Of a stretch of 64,000 bases of DNA, positions 9,759 to 20,313 are shown piece by piece (positions within the stretch are counted from its first letter, which is position 1; the number at the start of each line of letters is the position of its first letter). This stretch comes from a virus. A model generated the notes under the pieces. The model made no database searches. It was not told the DNA's origin and saw only the letters and a program-made list of their open reading frames with translations. Both the position numbers and the translations under genes were made by a program. The stretch spans positions 58,097-122,096 of the IMG/VR virus record IMGVR_UViG_3300005573_000063, one strand, 5' to 3'.

Positions 9759-10773
9759 GCAGTCTGTTTTAGATGAATTCAAAGGACAATTTGATGTAGG
9801 AGATTTCCTAAGAGATGTCTTGGGTATTTGGGAGTTTGAGGAGAATGGGGACGAGTTAATCATGAGGTGTCCGTTGCCCTTTGATGGACACCTTCATGGA
9901 GATGAGAAACCATCAGCAGCTCTCAATCGAGATTCTCTCTTATTCAATTGCTTCACAGAGGCGTTGGGAGGAGATCTTTTATGGCTCGTACAGCAAGTGA
10001 AAGGAATTACTTTCCAAGAAGCTGCAGAAGAAATAGCTCAGTTTTGTCAGGGACGGGAGTTTAATAGCTCTTCTTTCTCGGAGAAGCTTTACTCTATCTT
10101 TGCTCCTTACGAGCTGTCTACCATCGAGCCTGTCCAATATGATGAACGCATCTTAAACCCTTGGATTCAGCATAGCTTCTATCTAGAGGAAAGAGGGATA
10201 ACTTCCGCAATTCAACAAGAAATGAAGACTGGCGCTGTCACACGAGAAGAGGTGGGACATCAGGTAATTAGATGTGTAGTTCCTCATTTCTTTAAGGGTT
10301 CCCTTCTCGGCTGGACTATGAGATTTGTTTCTACGTATCCGGATACCCCTCAGTTACAGGTTCCAAAATATATTCACTCAGTGAACTTCCCAAAGAAGAA
10401 TACTCTCTTTAATTATGACAAGATTGATCCTAATAAGCCTGTGTTGGTGGTGGAATCTCCGCTGTCTGTCTTGTATTTAATGTCTAATGGCGAGAGAAAT
10501 TGTGTTGCAACATTTGGAGCAGCAGTAACAGATGGTCAGATTTCTCTACTTCGAGAATTCCCGGAGATTCTGGTATTTCCAGACGGAGATAAAGCCGGGT
10601 ACGGTTCGACCTTTTCCCTACTGGATAGACTTAAAGATTTCTCCCATACACAGGTAGTTCTTCCGCTATTAGGGAAGGACCCTGCAGATATTGCAGATGT
10701 AAGTAATTACATTCGCTATAATATAAGGGATGGCACATCTCTTTCCTTGTCGAGAATCTTCTCCGGTAATTAG
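9748..10773 (+). CDS. dnaG: DNA primase (zinc-binding domain plus TOPRIM)
   Basis: CPLP..H.DEKPS..FNCF, YLEERGI, VVES, FPDGDKAG, KDPAD. Confidence 0.88.
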   Translation: MKTRQSVLDEFKGQFDVGDFLRDVLGIWEFEENGDELIMRCPLPFDGHLHGDEKPSAALNRDSLLFNCFTEALGGDLLWLVQQVKGITFQEAAEEIAQFCQGREFNSSSFSEKLYSIFAPYELSTIEPVQYDERILNPWIQHSFYLEERGITSAIQQEMKTGAVTREEVGHQVIRCVVPHFFKGSLLGWTMRFVSTYPDTPQLQVPKYIHSVNFPKKNTLFNYDKIDPNKPVLVVESPLSVLYLMSNGERNCVATFGAAVTDGQISLLREFPEILVFPDGDKAGYGSTFSLLDRLKDFSHTQVVLPLLGKDPADIADVSNYIRYNIRDGTSLSLSRIFSGN

Positions 10774-11377
10774 GTCCCCAGGTATTCCCTGGTCTAATAG
10801 CGCTGAGCTAGTGAAGTACGTTTCCCCGTTTCATATTAGTGACTGGAAAGGATACTATAAAAAACTGGGCTTCGATCCCAATTTGAACTATCCATCTTCT
10901 TGGGAAATTAGGCAAGCTTTTCGTCAAATCTTAAAAGCTAAAAAGCTCACTGATAAAGAATTCGAAGAAGTTTTTACTGCGTATGAAACCCTAAAAGAAT
11001 CTGCATCTCAAATGCTATATGATATATCAGATTTTAATCTGAAATTAGTCAATGATAGAGCTAAAACTCCGAAGAAGAATCGTTATAGTTTTTATAAAGA
11101 TTTTACGGGAGATGTAGAAGATGAAAAGGTGATTTACTATCTCAATGCTGTAGGGTTGTGTCTTAATCATTTAGGTATTACGCAGGACGTTCGTATTGGA
11201 TTTTCTCATGAATCAGTCAATTATGCGACACGAACATCGTATGGGACGGTATACTTCTTTGCAGACAACTCGGTTCTTCAATCATTGGAATATATAACTT
11301 TCTTCATTTGTTATATTATAAATAAAGATAGATGGTATGAGTTGCAAGCTAAGGCCCTTTATGGGCAGAAAGAATAG
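10730..11377 (+). CDS. DnaJ-like (J-domain-like) protein
   Basis: YYKKLG...EIRQAFR...AYETL..YD; no HPD; sits between primase and SSB. Confidence 0.55.
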   Translation: MAHLFPCRESSPVIRSPGIPWSNSAELVKYVSPFHISDWKGYYKKLGFDPNLNYPSSWEIRQAFRQILKAKKLTDKEFEEVFTAYETLKESASQMLYDISDFNLKLVNDRAKTPKKNRYSFYKDFTGDVEDEKVIYYLNAVGLCLNHLGITQDVRIGFSHESVNYATRTSYGTVYFFADNSVLQSLEYITFFICYIINKDRWYELQAKALYGQKE

Positions 11378-11385
11378 GTAACAAT

Positions 11386-12153
11386 ATGTCATTTGCTAAA
11401 GGAATTGCTAACGCTTCTTCATTAGCTCCAACTAAGAGAGATACTTCAACATGGGTAAGGTGGGCCGATAAGGAAACTAAGGTTCTGCGATTTCTCACTG
11501 ACCCTGATGAAATTTTAATTATTCAACAGCATGGCTTCGTTGCAGGATTTGATGGGAACAAGAGAACTTATGTCTGCCCTCAGGGACTATCAGTAGGTTC
11601 TCCTGAATACCGTCCCTGTGACCTATGTCAACAAGGACAGAAGGCCAGAGAAATCGGTGTAGGGATTGCAGTTATTCGTACTGCCCTTCCCGTTACAGGA
11701 CCGAGAGGATTTGGAACTGCAGTTTATGAAGACCTTTTGGAGGATGTAGAGGAGAATGGCGTTATTACGAAGCGTCCTTCAGTCGGTATTGTAAGTCAGT
11801 CATTAAAGAACTTCTGGGTGCCTGTGGGCGCTCTGTTCGATAAGTACGGGTCCCTCAAGAACCAAGACATTGAAATATTGCGGAATGGTTCGGATCTTCA
11901 GACTTCTTACATGGTTTTGCCTAATGTCCCCACTTCGGTTGACCTGAACTCCTATACTCCTTACCTTCCTCCGGTTGAGGAAATCATGTCTCGTATGGCT
12001 AGTAAGGAATATTTCGACAAGTTCTTGTATGGGATTACTGCTCCTGCTGGAACACCATCAGGTAATCATTCCTTCAGTGCTATTTCACCTAAGCCAGTGG
12101 AAGAAGATGATGCATGGGGACAGTTGAAGAGTAGGCTAGGAGGAGGTGCGTAA
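11386..12153 (+). CDS. single-stranded DNA-binding protein (gp32-like)
   Basis: LRFL, H..C..CDLC zinc site, R.G..LQTSY, acidic tail; replication context. Confidence 0.7.
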   Translation: MSFAKGIANASSLAPTKRDTSTWVRWADKETKVLRFLTDPDEILIIQQHGFVAGFDGNKRTYVCPQGLSVGSPEYRPCDLCQQGQKAREIGVGIAVIRTALPVTGPRGFGTAVYEDLLEDVEENGVITKRPSVGIVSQSLKNFWVPVGALFDKYGSLKNQDIEILRNGSDLQTSYMVLPNVPTSVDLNSYTPYLPPVEEIMSRMASKEYFDKFLYGITAPAGTPSGNHSFSAISPKPVEEDDAWGQLKSRLGGGA

Positions 12154-12250
12154 TTTTGAAAATTGGCTCCTCATTCATCATCCTCCCTTCAAAAAGTCCT
12201 CTCTCGTTAAAATAGGGTTTTGATAATATAGAAGATAGAAAAGGACTATT

Positions 12251-15200
12251 GTGACATATACTGCCTTGCATGTGCACACCGAGTATTCCAAGCTGGACGG
12301 CGCCAGCAAGATAGAGGAATTAGTTGCCAGGGTAATAGAATTAGACCAGGACGCTGTGGCTATAACGGATCATGGCAATGTGGGAGGTCATCTCACACTT
12401 CAGAATGCCTGTGATAAAACTGGTACCAAACCTATATTTGGAATGGAAGGGTATTTTTGCGACAATAGATTTGATAAATCCGGGAAGAAGGGTGAGAACT
12501 ACGACCATATGACTGTGTTGGCACTTAACAACACAGGATTATCTAATCTTTGGGCTCTTTCTTCTATGGCATTCTCCGAGGGGCTTTATTATGGTGATCC
12601 TCGATTTGATTGGGACCTTCTGAAGAAATATTCAGAAGGTCTTGCCATTAGTGGAGGATGCATGGGAGGGTGTGTAGGGAAGTTCCTTAACCCTAAGGAG
12701 GGTAGTCGCAGCCTGGAGAAGGCTGTAGAACGTATCGGTGGGCTATTGAATATATTCAAGGACAACTTCTTCCTGGAAATTATCCCTTACGAGTCTGCGG
12801 GACAAAGAGAGGTAAATAGAGCTGTTATCCAACTAGGAGAAGAATACTCAATTCCTATCGTGGCTACTCCAGACTCTCACTATTTGCGTAGTGAGGATTG
12901 GATTCTGCATGAGACAATCACTGCTATTGGTATGAAGAAGACTCTTGAAGACGAGAAGAGATTACGTCATGACGAGGGACAACTTTCTTTTCCTTCGGAG
13001 GACGAAATTAGAAAGCGCTTGTCTTATCTCCCGGCAGCAAAAGTAGAAGAGGCTCTAGCTAACTCTGCACTCTTTGCTGCGAAAGCAGATGCTCGTATCA
13101 AAACTGAAGTGAATATGCCAGTATTCTTTAGTTCTTTTGAGGAAGACTCTCGTCAATTGAAGAAGAAGTTGGCTGAGGGATTCAACAAAAGAATCATCGA
13201 GCGTCTTCCAGAGGAAGATCATGAGAGATACTGGAGGCGTTTAGACTATGAGCTTGGTGTTATTAACTCCAAGAAATTTGATGGATATTTTCTCACAGTA
13301 GAGGATCTAGTTCGTTGGTCCAAGGAGAACGGTCTATTGGTTGGCCCTTCTCGGGGTTCTGTGGGAGGGTCTTTAGTAGCCTATTGCCTAGGCATTACAG
13401 AGATAGACCCTATTCGATATGGTCTTATCTTCGAGAGATTTCTTAACCCTGGACGTACAAGTCTTCCAGATATTGACCTTGACTTTCCCGCAAATGAACG
13501 TGTGATTGCGAGGGGATATTTAGAGAAGAAGTATGGAGCTGACAATGTAGCATCTATTGGCACATACACTGTAGTCGGATTAAAGATGGCAATTAAGGAT
13601 CTTGCTCGTGCTCAAGGGATTAATTTCAAGGATGCTAATGACATTTCTAAGGCCATTGAAGAGTTAGCTATCACTGAAGATGAAATTGACACACTGGATA
13701 CGGATTATCATTTCAAGTTTGGGCCTTGGATTGGTAAGTACCCACAGCTCTTCAAAGACCTTCCCAAGTATTTAGGGCACCTGAGAAACAACAGTGTCCA
13801 TGCCTCAGGAGTAGTTTTTTCTAAGGACACCCTAATAGGGGCTCTCCCACTGCTACGTGACAATGGATCCTCCGAGTGGGTTACTCAGCAGGATATGCAT
13901 GATGTGGAAAAGGAGGGATTTGTAAAGCTGGACATGCTGGTAGTGAGAAATCTCTCTACTCTCATGAAGGCGTTTGCAGCCATTCGAGCAAATGTTAATT
14001 CTACCTTCCCTCACTTCTACGAATGGCAATATCAGTCTCCTTCTTTTTATGAAGATGAAGGGGTATGGGACAGTATTGACACTGGAAAGAATATTGGCTG
14101 TTTTCAGATAGAGTCTGCTGGTCTGAGAAGAGAGGCAGTACGCCTACGCCCTAGAAGCATTGAAGACTTAGCTGCTCTTATTGCTGCATATCGTCCCGGT
14201 CTTCTAGACGCTAAAGACCCTGAGAGTGGGTTATCTCTTTTTGAACTATATGTGCAAAGAAAGAATGGCTCTAGGGAGACTACATATCTTCACCCTATCC
14301 ATCAAGTAATTACTGAGTCCACGTATGGCTGTCTTCTTTATCAGGAACAGTGTATTCGTCTGTGCACCGACATGGCTGGCTATACCACGGCCGAAGCTGA
14401 CGATATGAGAAGCTACATCGGTAAGAAGAATGCAGAGAAATTAAATGCAGAGCGTCCTAAGTTTATCTCAGGATGTACACAGAAAGGAGTGAGTGAGGAG
14501 ATAGCTGAAATTATCTTTGATGAAATGGCTGCTCATGGTCGCTATTCATTCAACGCTAGTCACTCTATTGGGTACGCTATTCTTGCTTACTGGACTGCAT
14601 ATTTGAAGTTTCACTTTCCTACTGAATATATGACAGCATTACTTCAGACAAACCCATCTCGTGCAAGCGTATATATTCGAGAATGTAGGCGTATGGGAAT
14701 TGATGTATTGGGTCCTGATATTAATGAATCTAGAATGGAATTTTCTCAGACTGCAAATAGGGTAATACGCTATGGTTTGGGGCAAATCAAATGGGCGCCT
14801 GCCTCCACTCAATTACAGGATTTTCGTCCATTTACCTCAATTCAGGACATTGTTGAGAGAGTTGATAAAAGAATTCTCAATAAGAGAGCATTCTATTCGT
14901 TAGCGCTGGTGGGAGCTATGGATTCGCTAGCATTTACTGCCCCTGAACACTCAGGCTACTCTAAGATGCAGGATATACTGTATGAGTACCATGTTCAAAG
15001 GAAAGATTGGAAGACGAAAGATTCGTTTCATTATAACTCTTGCATTATATGTGAAGGTAAATTGACTGAATTCGAGTGCATGTGTGAAGAGCTACGAGTA
15101 AATCACCGAGAAGAGCATGAGTTAGAAAGATTAGGGGTTTTGGTAGGTCAAGACATCCTCACTCGTTATGCAGACATCCTCCTGGAGGAAACAGATTATT

Positions 15201-15529
15201 CGGGATTCACCTCTATGCTCCTGGGCTCTAGGGCACGAGTAGGAGGAGTAGTTGTGAGCATTACCAAAAAGATAGTTAAGAATGGAGCGAATGCCGGAAA
15301 GGAAATGGCAATCATACAGGTTCAAATGTCGGCTCCTCTTCTGGAGGTGACCGAAGATACGGCCTCGCTAGATGAGGCAATGACAGATGATATGGTAGAA
15401 CTGGTTGTATTTGCTGGAGAATTTGAAGAGATAAAGAAGGACCTTCAATTAGGTGTTCCTGCAATTTTCTTGGTACAAAGATTAGATCACAGTTTAGCTG
15501 TGAAGAAGATGATGTTACTTACTACATAA
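12251..15529 (+). CDS. dnaE: DNA polymerase III alpha subunit
   Basis: LHVHTEYS.LDG, AITDHG, RGSVGGSLVAY, PDIDLDF, KLDML, FQIES, YSFNASH. Confidence 0.97.
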   Translation: MTYTALHVHTEYSKLDGASKIEELVARVIELDQDAVAITDHGNVGGHLTLQNACDKTGTKPIFGMEGYFCDNRFDKSGKKGENYDHMTVLALNNTGLSNLWALSSMAFSEGLYYGDPRFDWDLLKKYSEGLAISGGCMGGCVGKFLNPKEGSRSLEKAVERIGGLLNIFKDNFFLEIIPYESAGQREVNRAVIQLGEEYSIPIVATPDSHYLRSEDWILHETITAIGMKKTLEDEKRLRHDEGQLSFPSEDEIRKRLSYLPAAKVEEALANSALFAAKADARIKTEVNMPVFFSSFEEDSRQLKKKLAEGFNKRIIERLPEEDHERYWRRLDYELGVINSKKFDGYFLTVEDLVRWSKENGLLVGPSRGSVGGSLVAYCLGITEIDPIRYGLIFERFLNPGRTSLPDIDLDFPANERVIARGYLEKKYGADNVASIGTYTVVGLKMAIKDLARAQGINFKDANDISKAIEELAITEDEIDTLDTDYHFKFGPWIGKYPQLFKDLPKYLGHLRNNSVHASGVVFSKDTLIGALPLLRDNGSSEWVTQQDMHDVEKEGFVKLDMLVVRNLSTLMKAFAAIRANVNSTFPHFYEWQYQSPSFYEDEGVWDSIDTGKNIGCFQIESAGLRREAVRLRPRSIEDLAALIAAYRPGLLDAKDPESGLSLFELYVQRKNGSRETTYLHPIHQVITESTYGCLLYQEQCIRLCTDMAGYTTAEADDMRSYIGKKNAEKLNAERPKFISGCTQKGVSEEIAEIIFDEMAAHGRYSFNASHSIGYAILAYWTAYLKFHFPTEYMTALLQTNPSRASVYIRECRRMGIDVLGPDINESRMEFSQTANRVIRYGLGQIKWAPASTQLQDFRPFTSIQDIVERVDKRILNKRAFYSLALVGAMDSLAFTAPEHSGYSKMQDILYEYHVQRKDWKTKDSFHYNSCIICEGKLTEFECMCEELRVNHREEHELERLGVLVGQDILTRYADILLEETDYSGFTSMLLGSRARVGGVVVSITKKIVKNGANAGKEMAIIQVQMSAPLLEVTEDTASLDEAMTDDMVELVVFAGEFEEIKKDLQLGVPAIFLVQRLDHSLAVKKMMLLTT

Positions 15530-15538
15530 AGGAATAAA

Positions 15539-16669
15539 ATGGTTGATACTGGCAAAGTTCGATTCTCTACATTGGCTGAGAGATTAAATAAGGAGTTCAT
15601 GAAGGTGCATGCTCAGAAGCCGATAATCCAGTTGGCTAGTGACCTAGAGGATGTACGAGCAATCCCTTGTTTTTCACCAATGATAGGGTATATTTTAGGA
15701 ATTGGAGGATGGCCTGAGGGTAAGCTCATTGAGTTGTTTGGTAAAGAGCATTCCGGAAAGACCTCATTCTCATATCTATTTTTGAAGGATTGCTATGACT
15801 TCTATGGAGGAGAGCGCAAGGTAGCGTATATAGACATAGAGCATCGTTTCAATAAGCGTTGGGCTATTCAGCTTGGATTAGATCCCAAGTCTGTATATGT
15901 TGCTACTCCTGATGATGGAGAGCAAGCTACTGATATCATGCATGAACTTATTGACCAGGGTGATACGGCTGCTGTAGTATTTGATTCCGTAGGAGCAGCT
16001 GCCCCTAGCCACGAATCTTTGCGCTTCTCGGATGCAAAGACACGTCAGGGAGGAAATGCTGCCATTATGTCTCGTAATATGCGAACTATGGGGCCTTTGG
16101 CTGACAACAATAGAACTACTGTTATTTACATCAATCAAATGAGAGAAGACATGTCCGGGTACAATCAGCCTATTACTCCAGGTGGAAGAGCTGTAAAACA
16201 CCACACCTCAGTAAGACTCTATCTACGTCCAGCTGCGGAAAAGGAGCATTTCAAGGGAGTGAATCTCTCCGGGGAAAAAATAGAGGTAGGTTTTCCTATT
16301 AGTGTAAAAGGGGTCAAGAATTCTTTTGGAACACAAAGAGAAGGAACAGTAAACTTCTATAATCAACCTAGTCCCTTGTTTAATGGAGTAGGGGTTGATA
16401 CAGAGCAGGACTGGTGTAGACTTGGGCTTTTGTTCGGTGTAGTTGAACGCAGAGGACCTTACTATTACTGGAACAATATTCAAGTCCAAGGAAGGGATCC
16501 TTTTTTCAAGAAGATAAAAGATGACGGTCTTATGGACGTATATTCATCTGAAGTTCAATCTATGTTCAAGAAAGATGGAGCCGTTCTCGTGGAGAATACT
16601 GAGCCTCCCATAGAATTTGAAGGACCAGATGTAGTGGATGAAGAAGAAGGTGGGGATGGAGATGAGTAA
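15539..16669 (+). CDS. recA: RecA recombinase
   Basis: GGWPEGKLIELFGKEHSGKT, IDIEH, VVFDSV, INQMR, TPGGRAVKH. Confidence 0.93.
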   Translation: MVDTGKVRFSTLAERLNKEFMKVHAQKPIIQLASDLEDVRAIPCFSPMIGYILGIGGWPEGKLIELFGKEHSGKTSFSYLFLKDCYDFYGGERKVAYIDIEHRFNKRWAIQLGLDPKSVYVATPDDGEQATDIMHELIDQGDTAAVVFDSVGAAAPSHESLRFSDAKTRQGGNAAIMSRNMRTMGPLADNNRTTVIYINQMREDMSGYNQPITPGGRAVKHHTSVRLYLRPAAEKEHFKGVNLSGEKIEVGFPISVKGVKNSFGTQREGTVNFYNQPSPLFNGVGVDTEQDWCRLGLLFGVVERRGPYYYWNNIQVQGRDPFFKKIKDDGLMDVYSSEVQSMFKKDGAVLVENTEPPIEFEGPDVVDEEEGGDGDE

Positions 16670-17066
16670 AATACATGATCTTGCTAACCGTCACGAGAAA
16701 GAAATTCAGCAATCCATCCCTAATTCGTTTAGGACTATAGCATCCGGGTCTAAACACCAAAAAGGTGATGTAGCCACATATGACGATGGTACGGACTATC
16801 AGCTTTTTGTAGAAGCTAAATGTACACAAAACTCGTCCTATAGATTAGGGCTCGAATTACTTAAAAAAGTTGAAGAACAATCTTTGTGTCGTGGACTTAG
16901 CAAAAGACCTGTATTAGCAATTCGATTTTATGGGCCTTCTGAAAATCCTCTTCCTACACCTCACTCTATTTCTCCTTCTAATGTTGCAAATCTAGGAGAT
17001 TATTTGGTAGTCAAGAAAGAAGACTATCTAGAGCTATTGCAAAAGGCATTCCCGGATGGTCAGTAA
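16662..17066 (+). CDS. PD-(D/E)XK Holliday junction resolvase-like nuclease
   Basis: ASGS...KGDV...VEAKCT; start refined to ATG 16662. Confidence 0.7.
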   Translation: MSKIHDLANRHEKEIQQSIPNSFRTIASGSKHQKGDVATYDDGTDYQLFVEAKCTQNSSYRLGLELLKKVEEQSLCRGLSKRPVLAIRFYGPSENPLPTPHSISPSNVANLGDYLVVKKEDYLELLQKAFPDGQ

Positions 17067-17826
17067 ACTTACTCGTACTCTAGATAGTATTACCAACGGA
17101 AGTCTCGTCACTCCCTACCTGGAGGAGGCTATTTTACGACAGGATTGGCCTGCGGAATACCCTATTCGAGTTCATAACTCGAAATTCCATCCCTGGAATA
17201 ATCGTTTTCATCCTAGCTCAGATATCAAAGCTAATGATTTAGACTTATATTATCAAAAACATCCCTCTTATGGGCCATATCTCAAAAAAGAAATAGTCAC
17301 TCCATCAGTCATAATGGCATGGCAAATAGGGTCTGCTCTTCATGCCATGCTACAATCTATGATGGTGCATATTGGCCTCACTACTGTGGAAGAATGCGAA
17401 GTTTACTTCAAGGAACAGAAGCTCGGTGTATCAGGTAGTTGTGATGTGCGTAGAGCTTTTCTCCCCTCCGGACAGACTCCGCTTATAGACATTAAAACCT
17501 GCAGCAAGATGCCAATAGTGGCTGATCCTTCTCATGTCTTACAGGTTCAGGTATATATGGACTTATTGGAAGAGAAGCCTCGGGATCTAGGTTCTGTACT
17601 CTATTTAGAGAAAAGTGCTCCTCATAAAATGAAAGACTTCCCAGTCTACCCTAACCCTCACGCTCTAGATAATCTTTATCAGAAATGGATTAGAGTAAGA
17701 GAAGCCGTAGAAAACAATGATGTTTCTGGCTTAAGATGCAAATGCGAAGGGCAAGTTTCGGCTGCTCATAATGGATGTCCTCAAAGACTAGAGTACGAAA
17801 ATTACTTTGCCGCATTAGGAAAGTAA
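17056..17826 (+). CDS. Cas4/RecB-like PD-(D/E)XK exonuclease
   Basis: HPSS, GSALH, SGSCD, IDIKT, QVQVYM, C-terminal cysteines. Confidence 0.75.
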   Translation: MVSKLTRTLDSITNGSLVTPYLEEAILRQDWPAEYPIRVHNSKFHPWNNRFHPSSDIKANDLDLYYQKHPSYGPYLKKEIVTPSVIMAWQIGSALHAMLQSMMVHIGLTTVEECEVYFKEQKLGVSGSCDVRRAFLPSGQTPLIDIKTCSKMPIVADPSHVLQVQVYMDLLEEKPRDLGSVLYLEKSAPHKMKDFPVYPNPHALDNLYQKWIRVREAVENNDVSGLRCKCEGQVSAAHNGCPQRLEYENYFAALGK

Positions 17827-17846
17827 ATAGTTGCTATTATAGTTAT

Positions 17847-18347
17847 ATGAATATTTTAAGTATGGACCCTGGAGTAGCTAAAGTCGGAATTGCCATTACA
17901 TCTGACACTTCTTTAGTACATTGTGAGTTTCTTACCGAACCTATTCCTAAGCCTCTTCAATTTCATATGCGATGTAATAATCATATGCAATACCTCATTC
18001 CCCTTTTGGGGAATCTTTTGGTTGAATATGAAGTTACGCATGTAGCATGGGAAATTGTTCCCTCTTTTGCTTCCTTTAGAAGTCGAGACTTGGTAATAGC
18101 CACTGCCGATGTTTTAAAGGTTTTAACGTTTCAAAATTCCCTCCCTTATTGTGCTATTACGCCACAGGCGTGGCATAAGACTCTTATGGGATCAACCAAA
18201 GATATCACTAAACAACTGGTAAAAGATAAAATTACCTCACTCTATCCTAATCTTAAAGATGATTTTCCTTATGATGTTTATGACGCTATTGGAATCAATA
18301 TCGTAGCTCGTCAAAAAAATACATGGATAGGTGATAAAAATGCCTGA
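17847..18347 (+). CDS. ruvC: RuvC-like resolvase
   Basis: ILSMDPGVAKVGIA, VAWE, DVYDAIGI; start refined to ATG 17847. Confidence 0.8.
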   Translation: MNILSMDPGVAKVGIAITSDTSLVHCEFLTEPIPKPLQFHMRCNNHMQYLIPLLGNLLVEYEVTHVAWEIVPSFASFRSRDLVIATADVLKVLTFQNSLPYCAITPQAWHKTLMGSTKDITKQLVKDKITSLYPNLKDDFPYDVYDAIGINIVARQKNTWIGDKNA

Positions 18348-18430
18348 TGAGAACAAAAGAAATGCAAAATACGGACTACGGGTAGGAGATTTTATAGAAA
18401 CTATTTCGATTAAAGAACTAAGAGAAAAAA

Positions 18431-18835
18431 ATGGAGACAGCTATGGAAATTAGTAATGATGCCCCACAGAGTGATCGCCCTCGCCAGGTACGTAAACAAA
18501 ATATCATGAAGTCCGGGGAGATGACCTGGAAACTCTTAGAGAGTGTCTTGAAACATTACAATGAATTCAAAGCTCTGCTCGAAGAAACTGGCATAGATGA
18601 GATTACTCTTGATAATGGAGTAGTCATTAACTATTGGGACCTTCTCACGGGAATTGAGAACCTTCCAGAGCGTCAACGTTTGGCTGTTACATTGATGTGT
18701 CTAGAGGGACTGAAAGAAACAGATGCCGCTAAGTACATGAACTATGCCAAATGGTCTTCTCCCGCAGGTCTGTACAAGAGAATGGGGCTCAAGACATTAG
18801 TACGCCTTTACTACAATAAGAAAGAAGTAGACTAA
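18431..18835 (+). CDS. sigma factor region 4-like HTH protein
   Basis: LPERQRLAVTLMCLEGLKETDAAKYM pattern. Confidence 0.7.
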   Translation: METAMEISNDAPQSDRPRQVRKQNIMKSGEMTWKLLESVLKHYNEFKALLEETGIDEITLDNGVVINYWDLLTGIENLPERQRLAVTLMCLEGLKETDAAKYMNYAKWSSPAGLYKRMGLKTLVRLYYNKKEVD

Positions 18836-19161
18836 TGGCTAGTGCTCTTCCTCCTCCGTCTATAGAGGAAATGCTAACTGAATATGGGATCACTCCGCAT
18901 AAGGATTTCTATAAATGGCCTCGTTCTACGCAACTAGACTTTATTGCCGAACGCATTCTAGCATCTAATCGTAAGACGAAGAGTCATCAAATGATGAAAG
19001 AAGAGGGATATCTATCTCGTTCTCAATTAGAAAGACGTAGAGACGGAGAAGTCTATGCTGAAGATGGCAACGTAGAACTCTTAGCGGTAGCTCGTAGAGG
19101 AATATATTCCCGAGCTTATCGAGAAAGTAATAGGAAGCCAGGTCTTTCTCATGACGACTAG
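18835..19161 (+). CDS. hypothetical protein
   Basis: translationally coupled ORF. Confidence 0.6.
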   Translation: MASALPPPSIEEMLTEYGITPHKDFYKWPRSTQLDFIAERILASNRKTKSHQMMKEEGYLSRSQLERRRDGEVYAEDGNVELLAVARRGIYSRAYRESNRKPGLSHDD

Positions 19162-19810
19162 AGCAGAAATTCAAGAAATTTTTGAAACTCCTCATCCTAT
19201 TACTCAGGTAATAAACGAAAAGATAGATGGAGAAATCTACTCCTATAACAAGTCTTCTCGTTGCTCAATATGTCGAGCCCCTCAAGAGATTCAAACTCTA
19301 GTGGATCGTTTGCTTGTAGATGGACATTCTTACGCTGAAGTCTCTAGACTTCTCAACCCATTGCAAGATAAAATGAATATTCCTCAACAAGACCGAATTT
19401 CTTACAGTGCTATTCGTCAACACCAACAACAACATCTTCCCTTTGACAGATTAGCTGCCCGAGAGATTATTGAAAAAAGAGCCAGAGAACGGGGAAAGAA
19501 GATTATTGAAGGAACCGATAATCTTCTCACATATGCTGCTGTTCTAGAAATGGTTCAACAGATAGGATTTGGAGAAATTGTAGCTAAGGCGCAAATTCCA
19601 AACATCGACCAAACTCTCAAGGCATCTCAACTTCTTCATGAGTTAGAAACTGTGAGTGAAGAAGATTCCAAGGTGGAAGATGTAATTGTTAAGTTCAATG
19701 TAGTATTGGAAGCTGTCAAGAAACATGTTACACCTGAAATATGGTCACTAATTGTGCAAGAAATAGAAAATGCTCGTAGTTCTACACCTCAAGGAGAATT
19801 GAATCCATAA
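19151..19810 (+). CDS. hypothetical protein, candidate terminase small subunit
   Basis: CSIC...H...H zinc/HTH-like N-terminus, upstream of terL. Confidence 0.5.
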   Translation: MTTRAEIQEIFETPHPITQVINEKIDGEIYSYNKSSRCSICRAPQEIQTLVDRLLVDGHSYAEVSRLLNPLQDKMNIPQQDRISYSAIRQHQQQHLPFDRLAAREIIEKRARERGKKIIEGTDNLLTYAAVLEMVQQIGFGEIVAKAQIPNIDQTLKASQLLHELETVSEEDSKVEDVIVKFNVVLEAVKKHVTPEIWSLIVQEIENARSSTPQGELNP

Positions 19811-20313
19811 TGACTACCCCCGGCTTTGAAACTGATCCAGAAAAACTTGAAGGGATTCGTCCTGAAGATATTGTGGAGAGCGCTAGAACCTTACCTAGAC
19901 CTGACACAAGTGATAGAGCGGAAGCGTTGGTGAAAGAGGCACTCAAGGATCTAGGTAATGCTCCTAAGACTGAAGATGAGCGCTTTGAGTTAACCGACAA
20001 TGAGTTGATGGAAGCTCTGAAAATTTTTGAGGAACTAGGTATTAAATATCAAGATCGTCCTAAGACATTCGCCAATACTCAGTCTTTGCGTAAAGAAGCT
20101 ATTGAAAAGTTTGACAAAATTGGTCTTGTCGTAGAAGTAGACACCTTGCGCTCTGAACTTACCGAAGAGCCTCCTATTATCGAGATAGTAGATAGAAAAG
20201 GCCCTATCGACGTAGAAGAATATTTCTGGTCGATTCAGAAGGGTGTTGCAGATGAGGTGTGGGAAGATCGAAGAAAGAGGGCACAAAAGAAACAAAAAGG
20301 AATAAATGCCTAG
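19810..20313 (+). CDS. hypothetical protein
   Basis: coupled ORF. Confidence 0.6.
   Translation: MTTPGFETDPEKLEGIRPEDIVESARTLPRPDTSDRAEALVKEALKDLGNAPKTEDERFELTDNELMEALKIFEELGIKYQDRPKTFANTQSLRKEAIEKFDKIGLVVEVDTLRSELTEEPPIIEIVDRKGPIDVEEYFWSIQKGVADEVWEDRRKRAQKKQKGINA

Noticed and set aside
17056-17826. Cas4-like gene as evidence of a CRISPR system
   Set aside because: Solo Cas4/RecB-like nucleases are common in phage recombination modules; no array or other cas genes.
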